DNA of 63,655 nucleotides, counting the filler, from Craspedostauros australis (lineage: Eukaryota), in the NCBI GenBank assembly GCA_030167865.1. It is 12 parts of 12 records of this genome, joined end to end, with 100 filler letters (N's around TTAATTAATTAA, not from the genome) between each part and the next. Parts side by side here need not be neighbours in the genome. Positions count along the whole stretch, not along the records: positions 32,652 to 36,328 come from JALAGF010004127.1; positions 36,429 to 40,467 come from JALAGF010004128.1; positions 40,568 to 51,106 come from JALAGF010004129.1; 9 more parts are not named here. One strand, 5' to 3'. Under the pieces are notes generated by a model. That model did not search any database, was not told the DNA's origin, and saw only the letters and a list, made by a program, of their open reading frames with translations. Positions 32,653-44,898 of this stretch are shown piece by piece. The position numbers and the translations under genes were made by a program. Each line of letters begins with the position of its first letter. The stretch's first letter is position 1.

Positions 32653-35600
32653 GACCACGTGAAAGCCATGTCCAAGATGGCAGAGCTGTCGCAGGACAAG
32701 CTCAACTTCTCTCGCTTGGGCTTGATCGGCAGGGACTGCGAGCAACGGGTGCTGCATCGTGCGTTTGGCCAAGTCATCAAGGCATTCCAACAATCAAGAC
32801 ACGCAGCTTCAGCCCGAGCGACTCTATCCAAGCCATGGGCCTCCGCATCTGACATGGGGCCCACTCCTGTGAGACACTCCGATGATCAATCTCTCGACGC
32901 ACACGATGGAGACAACAACCCATTGACAACATCCGAAATCAAGCCAGATGGCAAGGGCATCCGATCGTTCGTATCCATCTCCGGACTTTCGGGAACCGGC
33001 AAGTCCGCCCTGGCCGCCAGCCTGTGCTCCAAATGCATCGCTCATCGTGCATTCTACGTCGTGGGGAAGTTCGATCTGAAGCAGATGGAGGAACCATTCT
33101 CCGGCTTCAAGACGGCCATGGTCAATCTCTGCTACCAGATCCAAAAACTGCCAAGGCGAAAGAACCAGCAGCCCAATGGACGCCCCAATACCACAGAGAG
33201 CAAGAGGTCATCGTTCGCCGATCAGGATCCGCGATGCTTCGAGGATCTTCGTGACCAGATCATCGACTGTCTCGATCACCAGGAGCTCCAGATCCTCTCC
33301 AAGCTCATTCCCAACATCGTGGACGTCGTTGGAAGCGATGCTCTGTTCGCCAATGGAGCTGAGGACGAAGATGGCGATGCCAGCGAAAATGGCAATGCCG
33401 ATGCCGATGGCGACAGTGATGGCGATCATCATGCCACCCCCAAGCTCCAACACAAGCACAAGCTCCAACACAAGCACAAGCACCAAGACAAGCGACAGAA
33501 GCAACAGGATCAGACTGGTGGCTTCCGAGAGCAAGCCGATCGATTGAAGTTCGCATTCCGAAACTTCATCCGAGCGGTGTGCAGCTACTGCCCGTTGGTA
33601 TGGGTGTCGGATGATGTACAGTGGGCTGACAAGGCATCGCTTGACATGATGGAATCATGGATGCTGGACACCGACATCGCATCGCTCATGGTGGTGGCCT
33701 GCTACCGTTCCAACCTCGTGGAGCAAACCGAGACCAACCTGTGCCAGCTCATGCTAAAGTCCATCGAGCGTGCCAAGCGCGAGCGAGGAATCCGAGTCGT
33801 CGGCATCGAAGTTGGCAACCTCCTCGTGGACTACGTCCATGCCATGCTTGTGGAGCTGCTGGGAGGCTGCGACACCCGACTGGACGAGAGCCAAGAGCTG
33901 GCAGAGATTGTGCACAGGAAGACGGACGGCAACGTCTTCTTCGTGCAGCAGTTCTTGCGACTCCTGGTGGATCAAGACTTGCTGAGCTACAACTTCGGCA
34001 TCGGGCAGTGGAGATGGGATTGCATCGAGATCCAGAAGAGCACGCCAGCCACCATGAACGTGGTTGAGCTCATGAAGCTGAAGCTCCAACAGATCAGCAA
34101 TGCCCGGTACGTGCTGCCGCTCGCAGCGTGCCTTGGGTCGACATTCTCGTGGTCGCTGCTGCGACACGTCATGAATGGATTCCGCAAGTCCAGCGATGAC
34201 CAAGAGTTCTACAGGAGCGTGTTCGGAGGTCTACCACCCAACGATGACTCCATGACGGTGCAAATCCTCCTCACCTGCCAAGATGAAGGGTTGATCGACG
34301 CCCATTCCGTGGAGCCAGACATGCTTGATATGCATGATGACGGGCTCGCCACGGATGGATGTGCCACGGCCATGCCTATGCCCATCCCAACCGAATACTC
34401 CTTCATCCATGACAAGGTCCAAGAGTCGTCGATGGACATGATCCCCGATGACAAGCTGTCAGAGCTGCAGTTCCGTCTTGGCACCATCCTCGTGGACGAG
34501 CTATCGCCAAAGGAGCTGGACCAATCCATTTTCATCGTCGTGAATCTCCTGAATGTGAGATTGGATCTGGTCCCGCTCTACCCACCTCAGACCTCCATCG
34601 AGTCATGCCAACGGTTCCTCGTCGCCAAGCTCAACCACTCCGCGGGATCCAAGGCCGTCTCTTCCGCGGCCTTCCGTTCTGCGTACAGATACTTCCAAGC
34701 TGCCATCGATCTACTGCCCGAAGGCCACTGGCAGAACTACTACGAGATGAGCTTGGACCTTTACGCATCGGCCATGGAATGCGCGTTCGTCACCTTTGAT
34801 CATTCGAAGGTGCAGGAATACGGCCGCGCCATCACCAACCTCGACTGCCCCATCCTCGACAAGATGCGAGCCTACCACGTCCTGATGGATGCCAACCTGG
34901 GCAGCTCCGACTTCGAGCAGGCCAGCGACGCTACCAGGCTGGGTCGGGAGGTGCTGTCGCAGTTCGGGTGCAAGTTCCCAACTAGCAAGGTCGTGATGAC
35001 GGCCAGCACTCTGTACGGTCTGATGAAGATGAAGGCCTCGGTCAAATCCTGGACGGCGCATGCGATAGATGCCCTGCCCGATGCTATCGATGCAGAGGAG
35101 ACTGCGATCATGAAGGCGCTCGACAAGTTCACCACATGTACATATGTAACAGAGCCCGGCTTGATGCCTCTGGTACTGATGAAGATGGTGGACAGGACGT
35201 TTGCCAACGGCGTGTCATGTTACTCGCCAGTGGCTTTTGCCCTCTTGGGCCTAATCTTTGGATATTCCTTGGGCGATACAGAACGTGGACGAATCTGCGT
35301 CCAACGAGCACTGGACATGCTGCACCAGATGAAGGATCGGACTTCGGAAAGCCGCGTCATCATGGTATGTCATTCATTCGTCTTGCACTTCACACAACCT
35401 CTCGAATCCCTCAAGAAACCTCTGTTGAAGGCCTACAGTGTCGGCATGGCCACTGGCGATGTGGACTCAGCACTGTGGTGCATGTTCTTCTACCTGGATA
35501 TCTGTTGGTATACAGGAAGGTCGCTGAAGACGCTGGACGTCGATTACTCCACATACACGAAGCTTTCCATTGATTTTGGACAGCTGAAGCACGCCGAATC

Positions 35601-36328
35601 TTCATCCGTTCCGTGGCAAGCCATCATGAATCTGAGAGGCACATCGGGAGAGCGCGTCTTACTGAAGGGTGATGCCTTCGATGAACCGGTCAAGATGAGA
35701 GAGTACACTGAGACCAACGACAAAGTCATGAAATCCAACTTCTGGCGATTCAAAACAGTCAACGCCGTGTACTATTCCGATTTCGAAACGGCGGCCGATA
35801 TTGCGGTCATAGGAATGGAGTACCATCACACCAATGCACCAGGACAGATTGGATGCATACCATTCACATTCGCCTGTTCCATTTCTTGCTACATTGCTGC
35901 TGCGACACTCAAGCACAAAGGCCGGCGTGCTATCTCACAGTACAAGCGCATGGCCAAGAAGGCGAGGAAGCTACTGGAAAGCTGGACCAATCGAGGGAAT
36001 CCGAACTGCGCTCACTTTCTCAACATGATCGATGCCGAGCGCGCGATCGGGAAGCGCCGCCGCCTGAAGCCCGGCGAAGCACACCCGACGGTGGTCAACT
36101 ATCAACGAGCAATTCGATTGACCGCTCGTCGTGGTTTGATGAACATGCGGGCATTCTCCAATGAACGTCTCGCCGAATTCTACTTGATGCATACGGCAGA
36201 TAAGGAGAGCGCCAAGTTTCATTATGACGAAGCGAAGCGTCTGTATGGAGAATGGGGAGCCGATGGGAAGGTAGATGCAATGGAGGAACGGGCTGGCCAG
36301 TTGTGGCCACCTCCGACAGAGATCCAGA
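32653..36328 (+). CDS. Second STAND-like P-loop ATPase (AAA_16/COG3899 type), frame open at both contig ends
   Basis: LIGRDCEQ, Walker A GLSGTGKS, GKFDL...PFSG, Walker B VWVSDDVQWAD, KTDGNVFF, YSFIHDKVQE, C-terminal AFSNERLAEFY and YGEWGADGKV. Confidence 0.9.
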
Positions 36329-36428
36329 NNNNNNNNNNNNNNNNNNNNNNNNNNNNNNNNNNNNNNNNNNNNTTAATTAATTAANNNNNNNNNNNNNNNN
36401 NNNNNNNNNNNNNNNNNNNNNNNNNNNN

Positions 36429-37361
36429 TTTCCACATCTGATGCAGAATCTCGTGGCATGCTGGTCGTTGTGGCGGCACTTTCCAGACGCTCAGCATATC
36501 TTTGCTGTTGGCAACGGCTATAGAAAGCGCTACGGCAGTCTATCCCCGTATAATGTGGGGATTTTGAACCTGCTGCAGGCGCACAACATCAAATTCCAAC
36601 GCAGGGGCCACGGTGTACTTATGGAAGACGTGAAGGGTGTTGACAGCCCTCTCATCATTGGTCGTGCAAAAAGGGATGTATCAAGCGGCTTTCGAGTGGT
36701 CAACGAAGATGATATGCAGGACCTGAGGCACAGTTTCTTGTCGTTGCTGGGCATGGATGAAACCGAACAAAGGTCATGCGGAGTGGTTTCTACATCCAAC
36801 AGGCGTAACGTGTCACTCACAGGAACTACGACGAACGATGATTCAGTGGGTGGCGATAGCTCAAACATCCATCAACCCCGCACGCCGCGGATCGTCATCA
36901 TCAATCGCATGGGTGGGAGGCGAACGAAGGGGGCGCACAATGTCTCCATGATGTTGCAGGATGAACTTCGCCTTCCATACCGACCGCCTGTCGTGTTCCT
37001 TGAGGACATGTCATTGGAACAGCAAATAGAGGCCTTCTTCAACATCGATATTCTGTTGTCGCCGCACGGTGCGCAACTGACGTCAACCCCATTCATGCCT
37101 CGTTGCAGCTCAATGATCGAGGTGCTCCCATTTTCCTACGACTTGAACAGATTCTTTGGTACGCTGGCCGCACTGTCTGGCGTGAATCACTCGTACGTCT
37201 ACCTTGGAGAGGATCCGGTTGGGGAAACACGTCTCGCCAAGGCCACACAACAACGAGGCATTGCCCAATCGAGTTTGCTGTGTGCACCTGCGCGTCCGGT
37301 GATCGATGCCGTGAAGATCCAGGTTGAGCAGTGGCAACGGTGCTGTGGATTCGTTGGGTGA
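36429..37361 (+). CDS. Glycosyltransferase family 61 (DUF563)-like protein, 5'-partial
   Basis: PRIVIINRMGGRR, LEDMSLEQQIEAFFNIDILLSPHGAQLT, FMPRCSSMIEVLP. The frame is open from the contig start. Confidence 0.85.
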   Translation, partial: FPHLMQNLVACWSLWRHFPDAQHIFAVGNGYRKRYGSLSPYNVGILNLLQAHNIKFQRRGHGVLMEDVKGVDSPLIIGRAKRDVSSGFRVVNEDDMQDLRHSFLSLLGMDETEQRSCGVVSTSNRRNVSLTGTTTNDDSVGGDSSNIHQPRTPRIVIINRMGGRRTKGAHNVSMMLQDELRLPYRPPVVFLEDMSLEQQIEAFFNIDILLSPHGAQLTSTPFMPRCSSMIEVLPFSYDLNRFFGTLAALSGVNHSYVYLGEDPVGETRLAKATQQRGIAQSSLLCAPARPVIDAVKIQVEQWQRCCGFVG

Positions 37362-37869
37362 GAGGGTTCGTTGAGCAATGCGGTCTCTTTCTCTCTATCC
37401 TGGGAGCGCGCGACAACTGGGATGGCACCCTACCGTGCCATTCCATACCATCCCAATCTATGAGCTACTTTACTCTGTTCTATTACATAGTATACTATGA
37501 TACTGCGCAATGTATTGCTCCAATACGCAAACCAAAGCAACGCCCTCTATGTCCTTCCTTTCAAATATTGTATTAGCATCGACTCGTCCTCATCGTTGAG
37601 TTTCTGCAGAGTAGAGTACTTTGATAGTCAACGTACCAATAACATGCCACACCATCAGACCAATACTTGTTCACGTGTTCTAATCTTTGTGCTCCAAGCT
37701 TCCTTGAATTCACAGAATCATGGGCTCTTCTCCGGACTCTCTCACCAGGTAGAAACTGGAATCGCTGCGCTGAGAAGACAAGAGGACTTCACAAACGAGC
37801 ACTCTACCACAAATTCATACTCTACGCTGTCGTTCCTCCTGCAGCCGTCTTGTTGCTGGGCGTCCGCTT

Positions 37870-40467
37870 TCATTGACTCTCGCCATCGCTGTGGCCATCG
37901 TTGTGGCCGTCACTGTGGCCGTCACTGTCGCTATCTCCCAAAGTGACGACCTCATCATCAGTCACCTCCATGTTTTCGTCGGCGTCAGCCAGCTTGCCAA
38001 CAATCTGCTTTCCGCCAACCTGGATGCGACCATCGACGTACTGGTTGGGCAGGACCAGTTTGGTCGATTTCTCCCACAGCTGCAACGTCTCAGCTTCGCT
38101 TCCATCAGTGTGGAGCGGATCGAGCCTGCCCATCGAAGTCAGCGTGAAGTCAATCAGGTACGTGCTCGTGCGAATGCGATCGAGACGGTCAAAATGACGC
38201 TCGGTGTACGGCATGATGCCGGCCATTATTTCTGGGATGCCCGGATGACATGCCAGTCTTTGAACTGAGATCGTCGTTGTGACTGCCTTGACCAACAGCA
38301 TGGCGACATGTGAATTGCGCGCTCTTGTATTCCATTCGCGGCAGTACTTCAGAACCTTCGCTGTTTGCTCCATGCTCCATGACTTGACGTGCGCCTGCAG
38401 CACGACAAGCGGATTGTGCTTCTTCTGCAGACTGGACTCGATCAGGGAGTTGATCACCTTCAGCGCCTGCAACGGTTTGTTGGCTTGCAACGCCAACTTC
38501 AGAGCCTTGCCGAATTCCTTGTGGCGCATGTGGTTCGCCAGCTGCTGTTCCAAAAGGGTGCTCTCCGCCTCCTTCGCCTTGCGATCATCTTCCACGGCCT
38601 GGGTGTCGTCCCTCCACAGCAGAATCTTGGAATCAGCTCCACCGCTGATTGCCGTGGCGCCATCCTCGCACAGATCCAGCGCCCATACCTTGTTGGAGTG
38701 GCCGTCCAGTGTTGTTTCGCACTGGTTGCTGCGAATGGCCCACAGCTTGATAAGGTCATCGCCACCGGCGGACATCAGCTGGAGTCCTGTGCGGAGGAAT
38801 CGAAAGCGCAACACGCTGGCAACGTGCCCCTGGAAGGTGCGGACGCACGAGTAGTCACCAAGAGACCAAAGCTTGATGGTGCTATCGCCGCTGGATGTCG
38901 CGAGGACCCTGTCGATGGGTGAGAATTGGCAATCCCACACACCGCGTCGGTGACCCTTCAGGGTGGCCCTGAGCTTGAGATCGGTCGCGTTCCACAGCTT
39001 CACGGTCTTGTCTTGAGATCCGGCGGCAACGATGGAGTCGTTGGGCGCGACGGAGACGATGTTGATATCCTTGTCGTGGCCCCTGACGCTTTCAGCCGCG
39101 ACGAGGTTCGTCGTCTTTGTTACGTCCACCAATTCAGGCGCTCCGGGGAGATTCCATTTCTTCAGGGTTTTGTCTAGACTTGCGGTGATCGCAAATGCCC
39201 CTCCTCCGTTAAGGGTGGCCTTGCCCGTGACTTCGTAGCGGCCTAATTTCTGTGACAACCCGCATGCTCCAATGGGCTCCGTGTGTCCGCTGGCCATGGC
39301 AACGCACTTCTTGGAATCGACATCCCAGATACGCATTGCCCTGTCCTTGCCGCAACTTGCAATGAGTCTTCCGCACGGACTGACTGCAACGCACAGAGTT
39401 GTTGCCGTGTGGCCATACAGAACATCGCAGGAAAAGTTCTCCAGCTCAAGGATGCGGATTTGGGGGCTGTTCGTTGCCACGACGATCTTCGTGAGACTGT
39501 TCGGGATGACCTTGAGGTCAAGGGTTTCATCATTGTGTCCCACGATGGTGCGGTCGAGCGTTAGGACCGATGACAGGAATGAAAGGTTGTGCTCTGAGTC
39601 CACCACAATGAGTTGGTCATTCTCGTTCCCGTCGCCATCCTCGGCAGTCGCGAGCGCGTCCTCATTGAATAGCATGCACAGATAACCTCCACGATCTTCT
39701 CCAAAGGCCTCCTCCTTGGGCTGCTCCAGGAACAATCGCAGCGTTGGCGGCCTCGTTGAGCCGATGTGCGTCTTCCACACTCGCACCACGCCTTTGTTTC
39801 CTGTTGTGGCGACCATCATCTCGTCGGGAACGCTGTCGGAGATCAACGCCATACCTTCCACCTGCTCGTAAACGGGCAACGTTTGGATGCGACGGTACAG
39901 TCTCCTCTTGATGTTCGCTTGCTGTTGCTGCTGCTTGGATTTGTGCTTTTTCCCTCTCGTCTTGCGCTTCTCTTTGGAGGAGGATGCCGATAGATCTTCG
40001 ACGGTGATGCGCCAGAGGTTGATAACGGCATCTCGACCAGTTGAGATGAAGAAGGATGCATTCATCCAATCCATACAAGTGACGGACGTGTCATGATCAC
40101 GCAGCACGGTGAGATGGTCGGGATCCCTGAGATCGTGTGTCGTGATGCTGCCATCATCACGCGCAATGGCCACAATCAATTCGCCGGCATCATTCTGCCA
40201 TTTCAGGGAGGTGACGCTGAGCATGCCACTGCCACCGGTGGATCCATCGCCGGCGACGGGGCGGAACACATGCGTGACGAAGGCACCGCGCACATCCCAG
40301 ATACGAACAGTTCCATCCACGGATCCAGTCGCAAGGAAGACGTTGGAAGGGTGCAGTTCCATGTGGGTAGCTGGCAAAGTGTGCCCCGACTTTCCCCACG
40401 TCTTGCTCAATTCGATCGACACAGATGTCGACGTGGTGTGGACGCGATACCTTCGAATGAGCTGATT
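37870..40467 (-). CDS. UTP13: U3 snoRNP WD40 protein Utp13/TBL3, 5'-partial
   Basis: Many WD40 repeats (GHDKDINIVSVAPND, GHRRGVWDCQFSPIDR) plus Utp13 C-terminal motifs LEQQLAN, WNTRARNSHVA, PYTERHFDRL. Confidence 0.93.
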   Translation of the reverse strand, partial: NQLIRRYRVHTTSTSVSIELSKTWGKSGHTLPATHMELHPSNVFLATGSVDGTVRIWDVRGAFVTHVFRPVAGDGSTGGSGMLSVTSLKWQNDAGELIVAIARDDGSITTHDLRDPDHLTVLRDHDTSVTCMDWMNASFFISTGRDAVINLWRITVEDLSASSSKEKRKTRGKKHKSKQQQQQANIKRRLYRRIQTLPVYEQVEGMALISDSVPDEMMVATTGNKGVVRVWKTHIGSTRPPTLRLFLEQPKEEAFGEDRGGYLCMLFNEDALATAEDGDGNENDQLIVVDSEHNLSFLSSVLTLDRTIVGHNDETLDLKVIPNSLTKIVVATNSPQIRILELENFSCDVLYGHTATTLCVAVSPCGRLIASCGKDRAMRIWDVDSKKCVAMASGHTEPIGACGLSQKLGRYEVTGKATLNGGGAFAITASLDKTLKKWNLPGAPELVDVTKTTNLVAAESVRGHDKDINIVSVAPNDSIVAAGSQDKTVKLWNATDLKLRATLKGHRRGVWDCQFSPIDRVLATSSGDSTIKLWSLGDYSCVRTFQGHVASVLRFRFLRTGLQLMSAGGDDLIKLWAIRSNQCETTLDGHSNKVWALDLCEDGATAISGGADSKILLWRDDTQAVEDDRKAKEAESTLLEQQLANHMRHKEFGKALKLALQANKPLQALKVINSLIESSLQKKHNPLVVLQAHVKSWSMEQTAKVLKYCREWNTRARNSHVAMLLVKAVTTTISVQRLACHPGIPEIMAGIMPYTERHFDRLDRIRTSTYLIDFTLTSMGRLDPLHTDGSEAETLQLWEKSTKLVLPNQYVDGRIQVGGKQIVGKLADADENMEVTDDEVVTLGDSDSDGHSDGHNDGHSDGESQ

Positions 40468-40567
40468 NNNNNNNNNNNNNNNNNNNNNNNNNNNNNNNNN
40501 NNNNNNNNNNNTTAATTAATTAANNNNNNNNNNNNNNNNNNNNNNNNNNNNNNNNNNNNNNNNNNNN

Positions 40568-41500
40568 TTTCCACATCTGATGCAGAATCTCGTGGCATGC
40601 TGGTCGTTGTGGCGGCACTTTCCAGACGCTCAGCATATCTTTGCTGTTGGCAACGGCTATAGAAAGCGCTACGGCAGTCTATCCCCGTATAATGTGGGGA
40701 TTTTGAACCTGCTGCAGGCGCACAACATCAAATTCCAACGCAGGGGCCACGGTGTACTTATGGAAGACGTGAAGGGTGTTGACAGCCCTCTCATCATTGG
40801 TCGTGCAAAAAGGGATGTATCAAGCGGCTTTCGAGTGGTCAACGAAGATGATATGCAGGACCTGAGGCACAGTTTCTTGTCGTTGCTGGGCATGGATGAA
40901 ACCGAACAAAGGTCATGCGGAGTGGTTTCTACATCCAACAGGCGTAACGTGTCACTCACAGGAACTACGACGAACGATGATTCAGTGGGTGGCGATAGCT
41001 CAAACATCCATCAACCCCGCACGCCGCGGATCGTCATCATCAATCGCATGGGTGGGAGGCGAACGAAGGGGGCGCACAATGTCTCCATGATGTTGCAGGA
41101 TGAACTTCGCCTTCCATACCGACCGCCTGTCGTGTTCCTTGAGGACATGTCATTGGAACAGCAAATAGAGGCCTTCTTCAACATCGATATTCTGTTGTCG
41201 CCGCACGGTGCGCAACTGACGTCAACCCCATTCATGCCTCGTTGCAGCTCAATGATCGAGGTGCTCCCATTTTCCTACGACTTGAACAGATTCTTTGGTA
41301 CGCTGGCCGCACTGTCTGGCGTGAATCACTCGTACGTCTACCTTGGAGAGGATCCGGTTGGGGAAACACGTCTCGCCAAGGCCACACAACAACGAGGCAT
41401 TGCCCAATCGAGTTTGCTGTGTGCACCTGCGCGTCCGGTGATCGATGCCGTGAAGATCCAGGTTGAGCAGTGGCAACGGTGCTGTGGATTCGTTGGGTGA
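40568..41500 (+). CDS. Second copy of the GT61-like fragment, 5'-partial
   Basis: Same translated sequence as 36429..37361 (offset 4139). Confidence 0.85.
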   Translation, partial: FPHLMQNLVACWSLWRHFPDAQHIFAVGNGYRKRYGSLSPYNVGILNLLQAHNIKFQRRGHGVLMEDVKGVDSPLIIGRAKRDVSSGFRVVNEDDMQDLRHSFLSLLGMDETEQRSCGVVSTSNRRNVSLTGTTTNDDSVGGDSSNIHQPRTPRIVIINRMGGRRTKGAHNVSMMLQDELRLPYRPPVVFLEDMSLEQQIEAFFNIDILLSPHGAQLTSTPFMPRCSSMIEVLPFSYDLNRFFGTLAALSGVNHSYVYLGEDPVGETRLAKATQQRGIAQSSLLCAPARPVIDAVKIQVEQWQRCCGFVG

Positions 41501-44500
41501 GAGGGTTCGTTGAGCAATGCGGTCTCTTTCTCTCTATCCTGGGAGCGCGCGACAACTGGGATGACACCCTACCGTGCCATTCCATACCATCCCAATCTAC
41601 GAGCTACTCTGATCCTACTTGTGCGCTCTTGGCAAGGTTCAAACCTCGCCGCGGAGGGATATCTGCTGCCGTCGTGCTTCCCATGGTCCAACAAGCTCCG
41701 CTGGGGTGGCCGCGGCGTTGCCTCTGGTTGGGAGGCGGTGCGCAAAAGACCATTGCTCGGACATGTGGTCTCGCAGATCCTTGCCGGGCCGGTGTCGCTG
41801 GTTGTGCGACAGACATCCGAAGAAGCGGCTCAACGTCACACCTCGAACCTCGGATGACAGACAAACGCATGAAGCGTGCCAACAATTCGTGCCACCACTT
41901 GAAACAGAGATCTGTGGCTCAGCACGGTTCCCACCAACAACAAGGATCAATTCTGTGCTCGTGTTGAGACGAGGAGAGACACCAAATAACCACCACCACA
42001 TTTGGGTTGACGGAGGTGCCGCCAACACAGACAGTGCCAGTCAAGCAATGGGTTAGTGAGGCAAGCAAACAGCTGCACGAAATGCGGTGGGATACACTGA
42101 ACAGATTGAACGGAAGCAAGCAATGCAAATGATGATGTCGAATGGGAAGTGATGACAAAGAGCCTTCGAACGCGCATTGCTCAGCGACGACGCGACAGAA
42201 AGGAAGATCTCAAAGCAACAAGAGCAATCAGACCAGAGCTTCGTCCATGAACAATGGCAGCGCGCACGCCTAATGCGCTGCTGGAAAAGGAGATTCAAGA
42301 CTTGCCGAAAGAGTGAATCCATGAGATCGCACGCAGCGACATCTTCCAAAGACCGACAGAGCCAGATGTTTGGAGATATGTATGCATCCGTTGCCACCAT
42401 GTGCATCACAGCAAATGACTCCTGCCCATGCCTGTAGCATGCACAAAGCGATGCATCACAGCCACACGCCGCAAACGATGAGATGAAGGCGTGGTCTCGT
42501 CTGAGCCACAAATCATGGACATTATCTGCTGCAGCATCGACAACCTCTCCCGTGACTCGACATGTTTGTCGGCCACATCTGGAGCCATGTGGCAGTCGAT
42601 GTGCACTTGCATCCACTCGTGCCGTGCGCGATATCATACACAAACGGCACGGACACTCCGTCATATGCTGAAAAGGATGTGCAGATCAAGCCATTTGGCA
42701 ACCGCAACAATCTACCCAGCTCGGGGCGACTCCACCCACAGATGAATGGCAACGGCAATAATGGAAACTATTCGTTGAATCAGCCATCGCTGGACATGCT
42801 CGATACGACCCCCCTGGAGGGATGGATGAGACAACTATGGCAAACCGCGGATGCAAAACGTGTGGGACAACGAGAATTCTCAAACCTCCTTCAGCAGCAT
42901 GAGCAGCTCGTCGAGAAATGGCCAGCGACTCCGAATCGATCTACCAAACGACTGGAATGAAAGCGGGCGACTTTCGCCGTCGCCGTCGTTGCAAGCCCAA
43001 CACCGCTGGACGTCGATCGCACCGTTCGAGATCGACATCGGGTAGATCACACTCAGCAACGATTCCGTGCCCTTGGACGCACTGATGAATCCTCTACCGA
43101 TGCAGCAGCATGCGATTTCGAATCGAACGCACCTCCAGCAGCCGTGACGCACGCAATGGGGGCAGCTGCTCTGCTTTGCGTATACCCGGCAAGTAAGCGA
43201 GCGTTGCACGGTAGAACGATGGCGGCGAAGATGAGCCTTCAGCGCACAGATCCAAGGGTAAACCGTCCCCGTGCCGCACGCTATCCTCGCCGCATCGACG
43301 ACCCTCTTCGCGAAAGACTCGTCAGCACGAATAATCACGAAAAGAACAATCGTGATCAACAAAGAGCGAGATGACGGTGGTCATGAAGTCCAACATAACA
43401 ATAGTGAAGTAAAGTAGAATAGATCAGAGTGAAGCTCTACGTACACAATAACATAACTTGTATAGCGATAACGATTGACACTGAGTAAAATAGAATACAT
43501 GTGAAGTCGGGCAGAGCATGGTATGGTGTACTAGAATACGACCTATTCTACTTGCACAACAACACGCCCTCTTGCGCCAAACATTGCACCTGATCGAGTG
43601 ATTGGGGTGAATGAAGGTGGATATTATACGATCCATTCGCCCACTCCCAACAACACAGAGAGACTTTCCGAGAGGTAACTCCACAGCAGGGAGCACATGC
43701 GGATGTTCACTCCGATGTTGGCGTTGTTGCAGATGCCGGTGATGAGATTGTCGAGGAATGATGGAGCCGCTGGCCTTGGCAGACAAGTCTGCCAAATTTA
43801 ACTGAACTGAACTGAACTCAGTACAACTCGATTGGAGCAGAGCAATGAAGTTCAATTGAGAACTCGGTGGTGAAATGCCCACCATACAACGACACACAGT
43901 AGAATAGATGGGTGGATGGATGGATGAATGAACAGATGGCGACTGCCCCGAACATCGCTCTATGTCACAGGCGATCTCCCACCACCACCAAGGGGATGGT
44001 AGGGAACGACGATCCCGAAGACCATCATGAACCTGAACCACAAGAGAGATCGACAGGGTTTGGGAAGCCATGACGAACACGTCATAAATTCCTGAGCCGG
44101 TGGATTGGGTGAAGCAGGCATGTGCCAGCTCAGCAATTATCGGTCATGAGTTCGAAAGGACGCACGCCACTGTCGCAGAAGTACCGCACTCTCAGCGTTT
44201 ACGTAGTCGTACGGGCAAGAACAGACCAACAGAAACTCCAACACACATCGGCAGAAAACTCTGGGAACAAGACAGAACAGTGCAGCAGTCTTTGCCACCA
44301 CCTCTCACACCAACGCAATCAACAGCGTGTTTTCTTGGTGTGTGTGCATGGGTGTCTCGTGACGCAGAGAGATCCGCTCCACCTCTCGCTGGTTGTCGTT
44401 GTTGCGGATGACGTCCACAACACTCACGACAACACTCACAACATCATCTCAGACAACAACACAAATCGCAACAGACACCCGATTTTCGTCAGGAAGTGCC

Positions 44501-44898
44501 AAGTGTCGAATCAGCGCCGACGTTGTTCTCACGATCCAAGAGACGAGGGGGCGCGACCTGCTTGTGACAAGATTGGCAGATCGAAACCATCAGAGTCAGC
44601 AAGAAGGGCTGATTCCGCTTCCCGCCCCCATCACACTCGTCACGCTCATCACACAAGTCACACAAATCAGAGAAGGCAAGAAGAAGGGCAGAAAAGGACC
44701 GCAGCAACAGCCTGTCATTACCCTTGACGTCCAGCGTCTCTTTTCGCCTCATCCAGCTCGTCATCCAACTCGTCATAAAATACTTCGCATTGCACCGAAC
44801 AGGGTCATATTATACAACATTACATCATAGATCGTACTCCAGAAGGCACAAGCATTGCCTCGACCGTTCCATTCCAATCCAACCCCCAGTTGTGCACA

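Noticed and set aside
29224..36328. Head-to-head paired NLR-like arrangement
   Set aside because: A linker (32552-32651) separates the two genes; the adjacency is not evidence.
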